Assembly: GCA_951406725.2 (NCBI GenBank)
Contig: OX597827.1
Location: 76,756,001 to 76,820,000, forward strand
DNA from: Octopus vulgaris
Lineage: Eukaryota
Reading direction: 5' to 3'
DNA: 64,000 nt
The notes beneath the pieces were generated by a model. That model worked only from the letters and a program-made list of their open reading frames with translations, was not told the DNA's origin and ran no database searches. Below are positions 33,184 to 44,983 of the stretch, in pieces; position 1 is the stretch's first letter, and every line of letters starts with the position of its first letter. The position numbers and the translations under genes were made by a program.

Positions 33184-35853
33184 ATACTGTCAAAGAAATC
33201 TGTTTGCATAGATCCCATCATTTTGGATAGCTGGATGGGCAGTGATCCCATTTTTGTCTGGGGCTTGTGTTGAAGATAGGTCTTTGTGGCCAAAATATAT
33301 ACGTTTTTAAAACTTTGGGCAGTGATCCCATTTTTGTCTGGGGCTTGTGTTGAAGATAGGTCTTTGCAGCCAAAATATATACGTTTTTAAAACTTTCTGC
33401 ATAGTTAGAACACCTTTATTTTTCATTTCATTCCTTATTCTAAATTACTTTGCTAATTCTATGTGGCTTCTTCTCTAATGAGAATGGCTTCAAACTGGAC
33501 CAGAGAGTGTGGCCATTGCACATGTGCTGTGTAAGGTGTGGTACTTACTGTAGCACAGTGTAGTGCTTGTTGTGTGAAGGTACGTGGCTTAGCAGTCAGG
33601 TATTCGGCTCATGACCATAAGGTCAGGAGTTCAATTCCCAGTAGCACATTGTATCCTTGAACAAGGGGCTTTATTTTACATTGCTCCAGTCCACTTAGTT
33701 GGCAGAAATGAGTAGGACCTGTATTTCAAAGGGGCCAGTTTTCTCACATTCTTTGTCATGCTGAATCTCCCCGAGGACTACGTTAAGGCTACTTGTATCT
33801 GTGGAGTACTCAGCCACTTGTATGTTAATTTCACAAGCAGGCTGTTCCATTCATCGGAACAACTAGAACCCTTGTCGTCGTAACCGACAGAGCACCAATG
33901 TTGTGCATGGTGTGGCTACAGTCGCAGTAGGGTGTAGTTATTGTGGTGGTGGTTGTGTGTGTTTGTGTCTGTGTATGCCTGTGTGTGTGTGTTCTATGTG
34001 GGTTTTGTGTGTGGAGGTTGTGTGGGGGTGCATTGTGTGTGTACGGGTGGGTGTTGTGAAGGTGTGTCTGGCGTATGAGTGTGTGTGGAGGGGGAGGGTC
34101 AAGACTGTGTTCTGTGTGCGGGTGTAGCGTGGGTGATAGTGGGAGGGGAAAGCATCAAAAAGAAGGAAAAGAGTGAAGAAAGGACAAAAGGAAGAGAAAG
34201 ACAAGACAGGAAGGGAGGGATTAAAGATATGAGCCAAGAGAGAGAGAGAGGGAAGAGAGAGGGAAGTGAGTATATATGAGAGGAAAAGTGAGAGAAGAAA
34301 GGATAGGAGAAAGAGAGAGAGAGAGGGGGTGAGAACAATGAGAGAAAATGTCGATTGTGTGTAAGTAGGAGGGGGTTGTTTGACTGTACATATATGTGTT
34401 TGTGTGTGTGTATGTGTATTTATTGAAGATGTGTGTGTGTTTATGTGTTTGTGTCTTTGTATGTGTATGTATGTTTGTGTCTTTGTATGTGTCTTTGTAT
34501 GTGTATGTATGTTTGTGTCTTTGTATGTGTATGTATGTTTGTATAATCGTGCATGTGTATGTACATGTGTATATGTCTATAGAACGTGTGTGCATGTGCA
34601 TGTCAGCATCTAAGTGTTACTGTGTGTGTGTGGGGTTTTTTTTGTCTGTACATCTGCCATATTAGTCCACAGCCACTTGGTAGCCAACGGTGCTCTACCA
34701 ACGCATTGCTTCTGCTCTTGAAGCAGTCGACAGTGATGCAACCCTGCCAGTGTTTGGCTATGACATCTTCCTGCATTACGTGACCGACGAGACAAATGAC
34801 TGCCGAGTGCCCCTGCTGGGCCAGACATTGTATCTCCTCCGTGACTAATCCCTGCTCGACCAGCAGCCTTTTTTGCCCTTCAGGTCATTGTCCGTATTAC
34901 GCTTTACTGGATGCATAATCTTAGTGGAGACGAGTATCATTGGAAATGGCTGTGTGGTAAGTAGCTTGCTTCCCAACCACATGGTTCTGGGTTCAGTCCC
35001 ACTGCATGGCACCTTCGGTAAGTGTCTTCTACTGTAGCCTTGCGACAACCAAAGCCTTGGGAGTGGGTTTGGTTCACAGAAACTGAAAGAAGCCTGTTGT
35101 ATATAAAGATGCATATATATATAAATCCTAACAAATGTTTTAGCCCGAAGGCTGCGGCCATGCTGGGGCACCACCACTGTCATCATCATCATCATCATTT
35201 AACGTCTGCTTTCCATGCTAGCATGGGTTGGACGATTTGACCGAGGACTGGCGAACCAGAAGGCTGCACCAGGCTCCAATCTGATCTGGCAGAGTTTCTA
35301 CAGCTGGATGCCCTTCCTAACGCCAACCAATCTGAGAGTGTGGTGGGTGCTTTTACATGCCACTGGCACGAGGGCCAGTCAGGCGGTACTGGCAACGGCC
35401 ATGCTCAAATGGTGTTTTTTACGTGCCATCTGCACAGGAGTCAATACATGTATATATATATATATATACACACACATCTATCTAATATAGGGTAAAATTT
35501 TTAGAAAAAAATTCTATCAATGGCCAGCATATTAAAAAATACCTTTAATGGTTAAATCTATAAATTTATAAGTTGTATGTATATATATACAACTTGTAAA
35601 TAAGGACAAAAGAAAAAATATTCCATGCTAAATATGCCGAGAATAGACTTTAAATCGTCAATAACCACATGTAATTCATCACAATATGTGGTTATTGACG
35701 ATTTAAAGTCTATTCTCGGCTTATTTGGCATGGAATATTTTTTTCTTTCGCTCTTATTTATAAGTTGTATATAATTTTCACTTTAATATATATATATATA
35801 TATGTGCATGTGTGTGTGTGTGTATAGATCAAACTGTTATATATGTGTGTATT

Positions 35854-36075
35854 AAGGCGGCGAGCTGGTAGAAACATTAGCATGCTGGGCGAAATGCGTA
35901 GCTGTATTTCGTTTGCCGTTACGTTCTGGGTTCAAATTCCGCCGAGGTCCACTTTGCCTTTCATCCTTTCGGGGTCGGTAAATTAAGTACCAATTACGCA
36001 CTGGGGTCAATGTAATCGACTTAACCCGTTTGTCTGTCCTCTCTGTGTTTAGTCCCTTGTGGGTAGTAAAGAAAT
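35854..36075 (+). mobile_element. SINE family B
   Basis: Match to family B. Confidence 0.8.
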
Positions 36076-36611
36076 ATATATATGTGTGTATGTGTGTGTC
36101 TCTGTGTTTGTCCCCCAACTGGTGTTGGTTTGTTTATAACCTTGTAGCTTAGCAGTTTGGCAAAAGAGATCGATAGAATAAGTATCAGGCTTTAAAAAAA
36201 AGTACTGGGGTCAATTCATTCGACTAAAAACTCTTCAAGGCAGTGCCCCAGTATGGCCGCAGTCCAATAACTAAAACAAGTGAAAGATAAAAGGAATCAG
36301 GTGTAAAAGAGAAGACAACCGAGTGGGTGGGTGGCAAGGATGGAGGGTGAGTTTAGTGATAAACTGAGCTTACAAATAAGACCCCATCAGGGCTCAGTTC
36401 TTAGTCCCCCTCCTATTTTTTGAGGTCTGCTAAAACACATCGCAGGGATTTAACTCTGGCTGCCCAAGGGGACTCTTGTGTGCTAAAGGCCTACTTCTTA
36501 TAACAGGGTCTGTAGAAGATGCAGAGAAGAAATTTTTGCCTTTTCTTGAAAGGAAAACTATATAGTTTGTACAATCAAACCCCCCATATATCACTGGTAT
36601 TTGTCCTTTGA

Positions 36612-36870
36612 AAGGCGGCGAGCTGGCAGAAAAAGGTGGCAAGCTGGCAGAAACATTAGCACGCCGGGCAAAATGCTTAGCAGTATTTCGTCTGCGTTAC
36701 GTTGTGAGTTCAGATTCCGCCGAGGTCGACTTTGCCTTTCATCCTTTCGGGGTCGATAAATTAAGTACCAGTTACGCACTGGGGTCGATGTAATCGACTT
36801 AATACCTATGTCTGTCCTTGTTTGTCCCCTCTGTGTTTAGCCCTTTGTGGGTAATAAAGAAATAGGTATT
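36612..36870 (+). mobile_element. SINE family B with duplicated head and target-site duplication
   Basis: Head aaggcggcgagctggcagaaa is repeated; the flanks ggtatttgtcctttga occur on both sides. Confidence 0.8.
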
Positions 36871-37717
36871 TGTCCTTTGAGAGGTCAATGATGGACCCTG
36901 TAACTGGAAGTTCATGTACCTCCAGTCCAATTCATGTGAATCTGCTGCCAAAAGAGAAGAAAGGAAAGCCAAGAGACAAACAAAAGATGGCGTAGACAAT
37001 TGATTAAGACAAAAATTAAACAATGAAATAATTAAGAAAAACTTTTCAGTCATTTTTTATTTTGATTTTTGTAAGATGAAGATTAAGAAATCAAAAATTG
37101 ATAAACAATATTTATTCATTGCAGTCACACGACCAGACATTTTTGTTTTCTTCATATGTCTGTCACTGGCAAAGTCTGGCCTGGTCAGGTTATCACCTCC
37201 ATCTCATCTATTTGTCTACACTGCAGCTTCAACGATTCAATAGTATGTTCATTTCCACACATCACACAACAACATACACTCACATACAACAAGTCCCAGC
37301 ATAGCTGTGTAGTTACAAAGTTAGCCTGGCAAACAAATGGGTGGAGAACTGTGTTTAATGTACAGTAGTCTAGGACTAAGGCTGTGAGCCTTAACCCTAC
37401 ACTAAAAAATGCTAATCTTTGACAGCAGGAAACCATTGGTTCTTGAGAAGTAACAAAAATTCTATTAAAAAGAATTTTATTATCTACCTTTTGGTATTTC
37501 TTCCTTCTATATAATCCATGTATGTATATGTATATATATAACAATAATAATATTAGGGAGTATAACTCCAAACTTACAGGGAAAAATTCAATTTAGCATT
37601 AAATCAAATTTCACAACATAAATATATAATATATTTATATATATTATATATATATTCATATATTATATATATATATATTATATATATTATATATATATAC
37701 ATATATATATACATGGT

Positions 37718-37750
<33 letters not shown>

Positions 37751-37754
37751 TAAA

Positions 37755-37990
37755 TACCTATTTCTTTATTACCCACAAGGGGCTAAACACAGAGGGGACA
37801 AACAAGGACAGACATAGGTATTAAGTCGATTACATCGACCCCAGTGCGTAACTGGTACTTAATTCATCGACCCCGAAAGGATGAAAGGCAAAGTCGGCCT
37901 CGGTGGAATTTGAACTCACAACGTAACGCAGACGAAATACCGCAAAGCATTTCGCCCGGTGTGCTAACGATTCTGCCAGCTCGCCGCCTT
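37755..37990 (-). mobile_element. SINE family B
   Basis: Reverse-complement match. Confidence 0.8.
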
Positions 37991-38979
37991 TATATATATA
38001 CACATATATATATATATATATATATCTAAATACCATGTATGCCCATGGTTAACATAGGTAATATACGGGTAGTGTAATGGATACTTCTAGCCCTTAATGG
38101 TTATTTTAAGCTTTACCTCAGCTAACCTTATATATAGAAATAGATAGATAGATAGTTAGATAATAAAATGAATGGTTTATACCTGGTAGCTTCCATCTTC
38201 CGTTTATCATATATCATCATCATCATCATCGTCATCGTTTGATGTCCACCTTCCATGTTAGCATGGGTGGGTGTGCTAGTGGTATGCAATAAGCAATATT
38301 CATGCATGGATCGTTGCCAGTGCCGCCTGACTGGCTCCCCGTGCTGGTGGAACATAAAAAGCATCATCCAAATGTGACCAATGCCAGAGCCACTTGACTG
38401 GCTCCTGTGCTAGTGGCACGTAAAAAGCACCCACTACACTCTCGATGTGGTTGGCATTAGGAAGGGCATCTAGCTGTAGAAACACTGCCAGATCAGATTG
38501 GAGCCTTGTGCAGCCCCTTGGCTTGCCAGTCCCTAGTCAAACCGTCCAACGTTAAACGATGATGATGATGCTGAGCTTTGCCTTTCATTTTTTTTTTTCA
38601 AAGGGCTGATAAAATAATGGAATAATCAAGTACTGGGGTCAATAATATTGATTAAACCCTTCCCTTCAAAATAGCTTGCCTTCTGCCTATATCAGAAATA
38701 ACAACAACGATGATGATGATATATATATATATCATCATCATCATCATCATCGTTTAGCGTCCGTTTTCTGTGCTAGCACAGGTTGGACTGTTAGCACAGG
38801 TAGACAGAAATTATGGGTTAAATACATTTATTTATCTATCATGGGTTTACACATGTCACAGATAGGCATTTAGGTGTGCTCATGTTTCAATTTTATCAAT
38901 TGATTGATTGATTGATCACCTGAAAATACAGGGAACCACCAACACAATGCTATCTTCTGCAGAACCAAAACATATCAAC

Positions 38980-39240
38980 TTCCAAAGAAAACAAAGGAAT
39001 GATGAGGATGGAATACACTGCATTCAAAGGTGTGCACAGACATATAGGCAGAATAGTTGGTGGGGGTTCATTTTCCATGGGTTCAGAAATGAGATCTGAG
39101 CCCAGCAAAAGAAAGCCATGGTCTGCCTCAAACTGTGCACACAAAAAAGGTCATTGTGATTCACCTTCTCAATCGTAACATTCTTCCTTAAATCTCTTTT
39201 GAGTCTTGCATGCTTTATCTTGGCCTCTTCAAATGCTTTA
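38980..39240 (-). mobile_element. RTE-like LINE 3' fragment (degenerate)
   Basis: KAFEEAKIKHARLKRDLRK... then frameshifted GLRSHF*THGK*. Confidence 0.45.
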
Positions 39241-39611
39241 TATATATAATGTATACACACACACGTGCGAATCAATGGAAATTGTAGTTGTGATCCCTGT
39301 GCCGGTGGCACGTAAAAAGCACCATCCGAACGTGGCCGTTGCCAGTGCTGCCTTGACTGGCTTCCAAGCTGGTGGCACGTAAAAAGCACCAACCGATCGT
39401 GGCCGTTGCCAGCCTCACCTGGCACCTGTGCCGGTGGCATGTAAAAAGCACCCACTACACTCTCGGAGTGGTTGGCGTTAGGAAGGGCATCCAGCTGTAG
39501 AAACACTGCCAGATCAGACTGGAGCCTGGTGCAGCCATCTGGTTCGCCAGTCTTCAGTCAAATTGTCCAACTCAAGCTAGCATGGAAAACGGACGTTAAA
39601 CGATGATGATG

Positions 39612-39644
<33 letters not shown>

Positions 39645-40330
39645 CAGAGAGAGACAGAGAGAGAGAGAAAGAGAGAGCGAGAAATATATACATACATATA
39701 TAAAATCGTTTTTCATGTCCATTTTACCACGATGGAACACAAGTTTGATGAAAGACATTGAAGGAGAGTTTTACGGTTGGATGCTCTTTGTAATGTCAAC
39801 TTCTTTTTAGTTCTCTTGCACCAAACAGGAAACAAATGTACCCATTCAACAACCTGGGTTACACATGGGATAACACACACACACACACGCACAAATGAAT
39901 GCATACAATGACACACACACACATATACAGATGTGTGTGTAGGTTTTTCTGTAAGTATGGGCACACATAGATATACATGCAGGTGTGTGTGTGTTTTTAG
40001 GAACAGCAAGCACACCTGAATGCTCTGCCAGAATACACTGACTGACATGTAATGTAGAAAGCCAGGACAATCCACCATGACCACCACTACTACTCTTAGA
40101 AGCAAAACGCAGCCATCAAGGCTGAGAGTCCAGAAGACCAAGACAGCTCCAAACAAGTCCGATCACAGGTGAATGACTACAGTGGTGGTGGTGGTGGGGG
40201 GGGTTATCAAAAGGGAAGATTCTGGCCAAGCCAGCGCCTCAGCCATATTCTATGTTGATTCTCACATCAAATGACCGACTTTGAGTTGTTGTTTACTGCC
40301 ATGTGACGTCTTTGGAAACGGTAAGAGTGG

Positions 40331-40760
40331 TAGGCGCAGGAGTGGCTGTGTGGTAAGTAGCTTGCTAACCAACCACATGGTTCCAGGTTCAGTCCCACTG
40401 CGTGGCATCTTGGACAAGTGTCTTCTACTATAGCCCCGGGCTGACCAATGCCTTGTGAGTGGATTTGGTAGACGGAAACTGAAAGAAGCCTGTCGTATAT
40501 ATGTATATATATATATGTGTGTATATGTTTGTGTGTCTGTGTTTGTCCCCCTAGCATTGCTTGACAACCAATGCTGGTGTGTTTACGTCCCCGTCACTTA
40601 GCGGTTCGGCAAAACAGACCGATAGAATAAGTACTGGGCTTACAAAAAAATAAGTCCCGGGGTCGATTTGCTCGACTAAAGGCGGTGCTCCAGCATGGCC
40701 GCAGTCAAATGACTGAAACAAGTAAAAGAGTAAAAGAGTAAAAGAGTAAAAGAGAGAGTA
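40331..40760 (+). mobile_element. SINE family A, full length
   Basis: Near-identical to 7343-7760, with (agtaaaag)n tail. Confidence 0.85.
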
Positions 40761-40889
40761 CCACCACCAGCTGCTGCTGCTGCTGTTGTTGTTGTTGTTG
40801 TGATGCCATTTATGTTCTTTGGTCTTCTCAATAATGGTTCATTGTGTTGTGGGGGGGGGAGTGTCAGCAGAGAGGGGGAGATGACAATG

Positions 40890-41121
40890 GGTGTGTGTGT
40901 GTGTGGGTGTGTTAATGTGTATGTGCGTGCTGTGTCTATATTCTGCGTGTGATGCGTATGTGTCAGTGTGTGCGTATGTGCATATGTGTGTGTTTAATTG
41001 TGCATGTGTGTGACTGTGTGTGTTACATTTGTTGTGTGTGTGTGTGTATGTGTGTGTGGTGAGAGATGGTGTATTGACAGCTGTAGCAGTCAATGTAGTA
41101 TTAGTAGTGGTGGTGGTGGTA

Positions 41122-41158
<37 letters not shown>

Positions 41159-41675
41159 CTGCGGTGGTAATGGTAGTGATGGTGGAGGTGGTGGTGGTGA
41201 TAAGAGTGACAGTAGCAAGCGGTGATGTGGGAAATAATGTTAATGTGATTGTAAGTGTAGTAGTGGTGGTAGCAGTAGTAATAATAATGGTGGTGGTGGT
41301 GGTGGTGTCGGTGGTAGCGAAAGCAGTAGTACAAGTAGAGGCAGTAGTATCTGAAAAATAAAAATGACAGTAAAAGTAGTAGTGGTGGTGGTGGTGGTGG
41401 TTATAGTAGTAGTAGTAACAATGGTGGTAGTAGCGATGGTAATGGTGTGTGGTAATCGATATAGTAGTAGTGGTAGAGGTAGTAGTGGAAATAGTAGAGG
41501 TGGTGACAGCGGTTATAATGGTTACAGCAGCAGTAGTAGTAGTAGTAGTAGTAGTAGTAGTTGTGGTGGTGGTGGTGGTGGTAGTAGTAGTAGTTGTTGT
41601 TGTGGTGGTGTTGGTGGTGGTAGTAGTAGTAGTAGTAGTAGCAGCAGCAGCAACAGCAGCAGGTGTGGTGGTGGT
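40890..41675. repeat. (TG)n and (GTA/GTG)n microsatellite block
   Basis: Directly visible; source of the spurious poly-T/V ORFs. Confidence 0.95.
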
Positions 41676-42292
41676 AATACACAACAGAAACAGTTCAGGA
41701 CCATGACATGACCACATCCCACACAACGCTACATCCCACACCAAAACCACACTTCATATGCCAGTGACACCACCACCACACTGCATGAAACCATATCAAA
41801 TGCTTACACCATACACTGCAATCTACCACTCCCATGCTACGTCATATTCAACTTCACACTACATCACGTGCTGTTTATACGCATGTATGTATGTATGTAT
41901 ATACACCTCAAGCACATTTGAACTGGTAAAAAATTTGTATTTATACACACCACTGCTAAGCGCTGTCATTCACTTTTTTATTCACAGCGATCTCCCGAAT
42001 AGCACAACCAATCATTGAATGATTGTCTCTTGTGTCAGTTCACAGCATCTGACTTACTGGTCTCTGCTGCTGAAGAGGAAATAATCACTCTGAAAAGCTT
42101 GCATCCAACAGTCTGGTCAGCTGACTCAGTGTATTTACACTTATTTGTCTACAGCAAGAAGATTTCTCCATAACAAAATACATTAAATGATTTTCTTAGG
42201 AATACAGTTCGATATTTAAGAGATGAGGAATTATTCATATTATTTACATTATTTACATTTGATGGATATTTATCCTCATCTTGGTCGTTGTT

Positions 42293-42338
42293 AACACAAC
42301 ATTTCAGCTGATATACCCTCCAGCCTTCATCAGGTGTC
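42293..42338 (-). ncRNA. Minimal hammerhead motif (left arm copy, two C>U changes)
   Basis: GACAC-CUGAUGA-A-GGCUG(loop)CAGCU-GAAA-UG-UU-GUGUU. Confidence 0.55.
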
Positions 42339-42498
42339 TTGGGGAAATATGCCCAAGGGTATATAGCGTAGTGGTTAAGAGCACGGGCTACTAACCCCAA
42401 GATTCCGAGTTCAATTCCAGGCAGTGACATTAATAATAATAATAATAACATCGATAAAATACCTTAGGAACGAGAACCCTGGTTCGAAATTTTCCCAA

Positions 42499-42544
42499 GA
42501 CACCTGATGAAGGCTGGAGGGTATATCAGCCGAAACGTTGTGTT
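42499..42544 (+). ncRNA. Minimal hammerhead ribozyme motif (right arm copy)
   Basis: GACAC-CUGAUGA-A-GGCUG-GAGGGUAUAU-CAGCC-GAAA-CG-UU-GUGUU: 5-bp helix I, 5-bp helix II, palindromic AACGUU. Confidence 0.7.
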
Positions 42545-43124
42545 AACAACAAACAAGATGAGGACAAACATCCATTAAATGTAAATAACGTAAATAATGT
42601 AATTTCTCAGGAGTTCAAATGTGCCGCAAGCATATTTGAACTGGTAACAAGTTTGTGTATGGGTTTATGTGCATATGTGTGTAAGTGTTTATACATATGT
42701 GTGTGTTTGTGAGAGCATGACAGTACATCTGTGTGAGTGTGTGGTGTGGTTATATGACAGTCTGTGTGGTGATTATAGACATGTGTGCATGGTTACATAA
42801 CTCTGTGTGAGTGTGTGTGTGTTTGGTAGGTGATTATATGTGTCTGTATGCCTGTATGACACTGTGTATATGAATGTGTATATATATATACATATATATA
42901 TGTAAAGGCTGTTTGAAGTGGTGTGCAGATATTGTTTATTAAGAAGAAGGAGGCAGTCAGAATTTTGGATAATTCTTTATTATTACTTTCATTCATTTCA
43001 CCGTATTCTTCAAGAAAAGTTGTTTTATTAATTTGGTTCGATTTTTCTTGGAGAATACGATTAAACAAATGAAAGTGCTAATAAAGAATTATGCAAAATT
43101 CTGACTGCCTCCCTTTTCCTAATA

Positions 43125-43157
<33 letters not shown>

Positions 43158-43194
43158 CATTGTTTTATACAGACAATAAAATTTAATGTGTATG

Positions 43195-43229
<35 letters not shown>

Positions 43230-43442
43230 GTTAAATTTTATTGTCTGTATAAAACAATGGCACACACACATAGATTTTCCTTTGGGGCTGGCCAGATCGG
43301 AGCAATCTCAAGATTAATCAGCCGAAATTGCGAGGATGATCCAGTTCTTGACTGAAGATTGAAGGCTTCGAATGTCCCGTCCGTGTTTTTTGTATCGTCT
43401 TCTAAATATTTTGCGTTCTTGTCCCAGTTTGTATTTTTTTAC

Positions 43443-43488
<46 letters not shown>

Positions 43489-43565
43489 ATGTATATATAC
43501 CATTTATATATTTGTGTGTATATGTATATATAGTACGTGCATACATGTATATGTCTGTTATGAAA

Positions 43566-44444
43566 TTAACTGTTTGTATAATGAGGAATAACGAGTTTGT
43601 GCATCGAATGTTGCGACTGCTGCATCTGGTTGCACTCATCAGTGTTATGGTTGTAGCGCAGGGAATTGTCGGGTGATCTCTCCATCTTCAGTGGTTGTGG
43701 TGGTAGTGGCTTCTGGTGTCCCTGCCACACCTGGCTGCCCTCCGGTACCCGACCTGAGTGACCGATGCTACTGCCGGCACTGTGTGCCATTTCTCGTTGC
43801 CCACCGGGGGATGGAAGCGATGTCACACCGATTTCCGTCTTCCGGCGACAGTTGTTGCGGCGCTGGTGTCGGAGCAGGTGATCCTTGCGATAGAATGTGT
43901 AGCTGCACACGTCACACTTGTACGGACGTTCTCCGGAGTGGATTCTCTTGTGTAGTTTGAGGTGGTCACGCCGGGAGAGGCCCTTACCGCACACATCACA
44001 TGTGTGCAACTTTTCCGGCTGCACCACATAATGCTGGTGGCTCCTCTGAGCCATGCAACACTGGCTGCAATTGGTCTGGCTACAGCTCTGACAGTCCAAG
44101 CTACAGCAACAACTGCTCTGCTGTTGATGGCAGAGGCTGTATGACGACCTGTTGCCCTGGTTACAGCACGGAGGATGCTGATGGCTGTTGTTGTTGTTGT
44201 TGTTGTTATTGTTATTATTATTGTTATTATTGTTATTGCAACAGGTGTTGTTGGTAGGATGATGGTGAGGGTGGTTGTTGTGGTTGTGGCCGGTGGTCAG
44301 CTCGTCCTTCACCTGACTCGGCTGTTGCTGTTGATGGAAGCTGACCTCCTCCACTGACGACATTGCTAATTCGATATCGGATTTATCTGACGGTGTGGTC
44401 GGAGAAAAGACCATCCCATCGGAGAGGGAGAAAGTGGAACTCAT
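43566..44444 (-). CDS. C2H2 zinc-finger protein, ~292 aa from the first in-frame ATG: two tandem fingers plus poly-N/Q/H and Cys-rich low-complexity regions
   Basis: Non-repetitive ORF containing [51 protein letters not shown] (43848-44000) with a TGEKPY-type linker. An in-frame TAA at 44517-44519 closes the frame upstream, and the first ATG is at 44444. The N-terminus could instead be spliced in at the alternative acceptor ttttttcgccag (exon start 44478). Confidence 0.9.
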   Translation of the reverse strand: MSSTFSLSDGMVFSPTTPSDKSDIELAMSSVEEVSFHQQQQPSQVKDELTTGHNHNNHPHHHPTNNTCCNNNNNNNNNNNNNNNNNSHQHPPCCNQGNRSSYSLCHQQQSSCCCSLDCQSCSQTNCSQCCMAQRSHQHYVVQPEKLHTCDVCGKGLSRRDHLKLHKRIHSGERPYKCDVCSYTFYRKDHLLRHQRRNNCRRKTEIGVTSLPSPGGQREMAHSAGSSIGHSGRVPEGSQVWQGHQKPLPPQPLKMERSPDNSLRYNHNTDECNQMQQSQHSMHKLVIPHYTNS

Positions 44445-44698
44445 CTCAGGGGCTGCGGCCAAACTCAAAGCTGAGACACTGGCGAAAAAACCAACATGTG
44501 ATGGAGCTACGTCCCGTTAAAGTGTCTGAGTTGTGTTCTTTAAAGTCAAAATATCACTGGAGAGATTCTAGTCAACAAACCAAACAATTCCTTGATTACA
44601 TGCTTGAACCACTTCCTGTTGTTGTTGTTGTTGCTGTTGGTAATATTACTGTTGTTGCTGCTACCGTAGTTAATTGATTGCCGACAGGACAGTAATTA

Positions 44699-44730
44699 CC
44701 TGAAAAATACATTAAAAAGAAAAAGAAAAA
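44699..44730 (-). promoter_or_regulatory. 3' splice acceptor opening the zinc-finger exon
   Basis: Minus strand reads ttttctttttctttttaatgtatttttcag|GTAATT: a long polypyrimidine tract plus CAG, with AT-rich intron-like sequence upstream. Confidence 0.7.
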
Positions 44731-44840
44731 TGAATTTAGAAAAATTTTTAATTTTAAGACAGGAAAATGAAAAAAAAAATGATTGATTTATTTATCTTCG
44801 TTGGTGTATTAGAATGATAGACACACAGACAGACTTTATA

Positions 44841-44983
44841 TAAGGTTGTCCCAAAAGTTCGTAGAAAGTCTTGGAAAATAATGGTCTTTATTTTGAGGAA
44901 TAATTTTTGTTGTTTTTGTTAGTACTTGGCAAGTAAAAATTCAATTTTCGCAAGTGTTTACGAACTTTTGGGACAACCTAATA
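44841..44983. mobile_element. Tc1/mariner-type MITE in the intron upstream of the zinc-finger exon
   Basis: 21-bp perfect terminal inverted repeats aggttgtcccaaaagttcgta / tacgaacttttgggacaacct with TA-rich flanks. Confidence 0.8.

Larger units (their letters stand above)
42237..42605. mobile_element. Fold-back element with ~110-bp inverted arms, each carrying a hammerhead motif, around a tRNA-like segment (Penelope-like pseudo-LTR / retrozyme-like)
   Basis: Arms ~42237-42347 and ~42489-42605 are reverse complements. The centre has A-box-like TAGCGTAGTGG and B-box-like GAGTTCAATTCC (42357-42430), then (AAT)n. Confidence 0.65.

Noticed and set aside
42357-42430. Possible tRNA gene
   Set aside because: A and B boxes are present but the acceptor stem does not pair, and it sits inside a repeat. 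The same applies to the SINE heads at 13515, 32335, 33578 and 58973.
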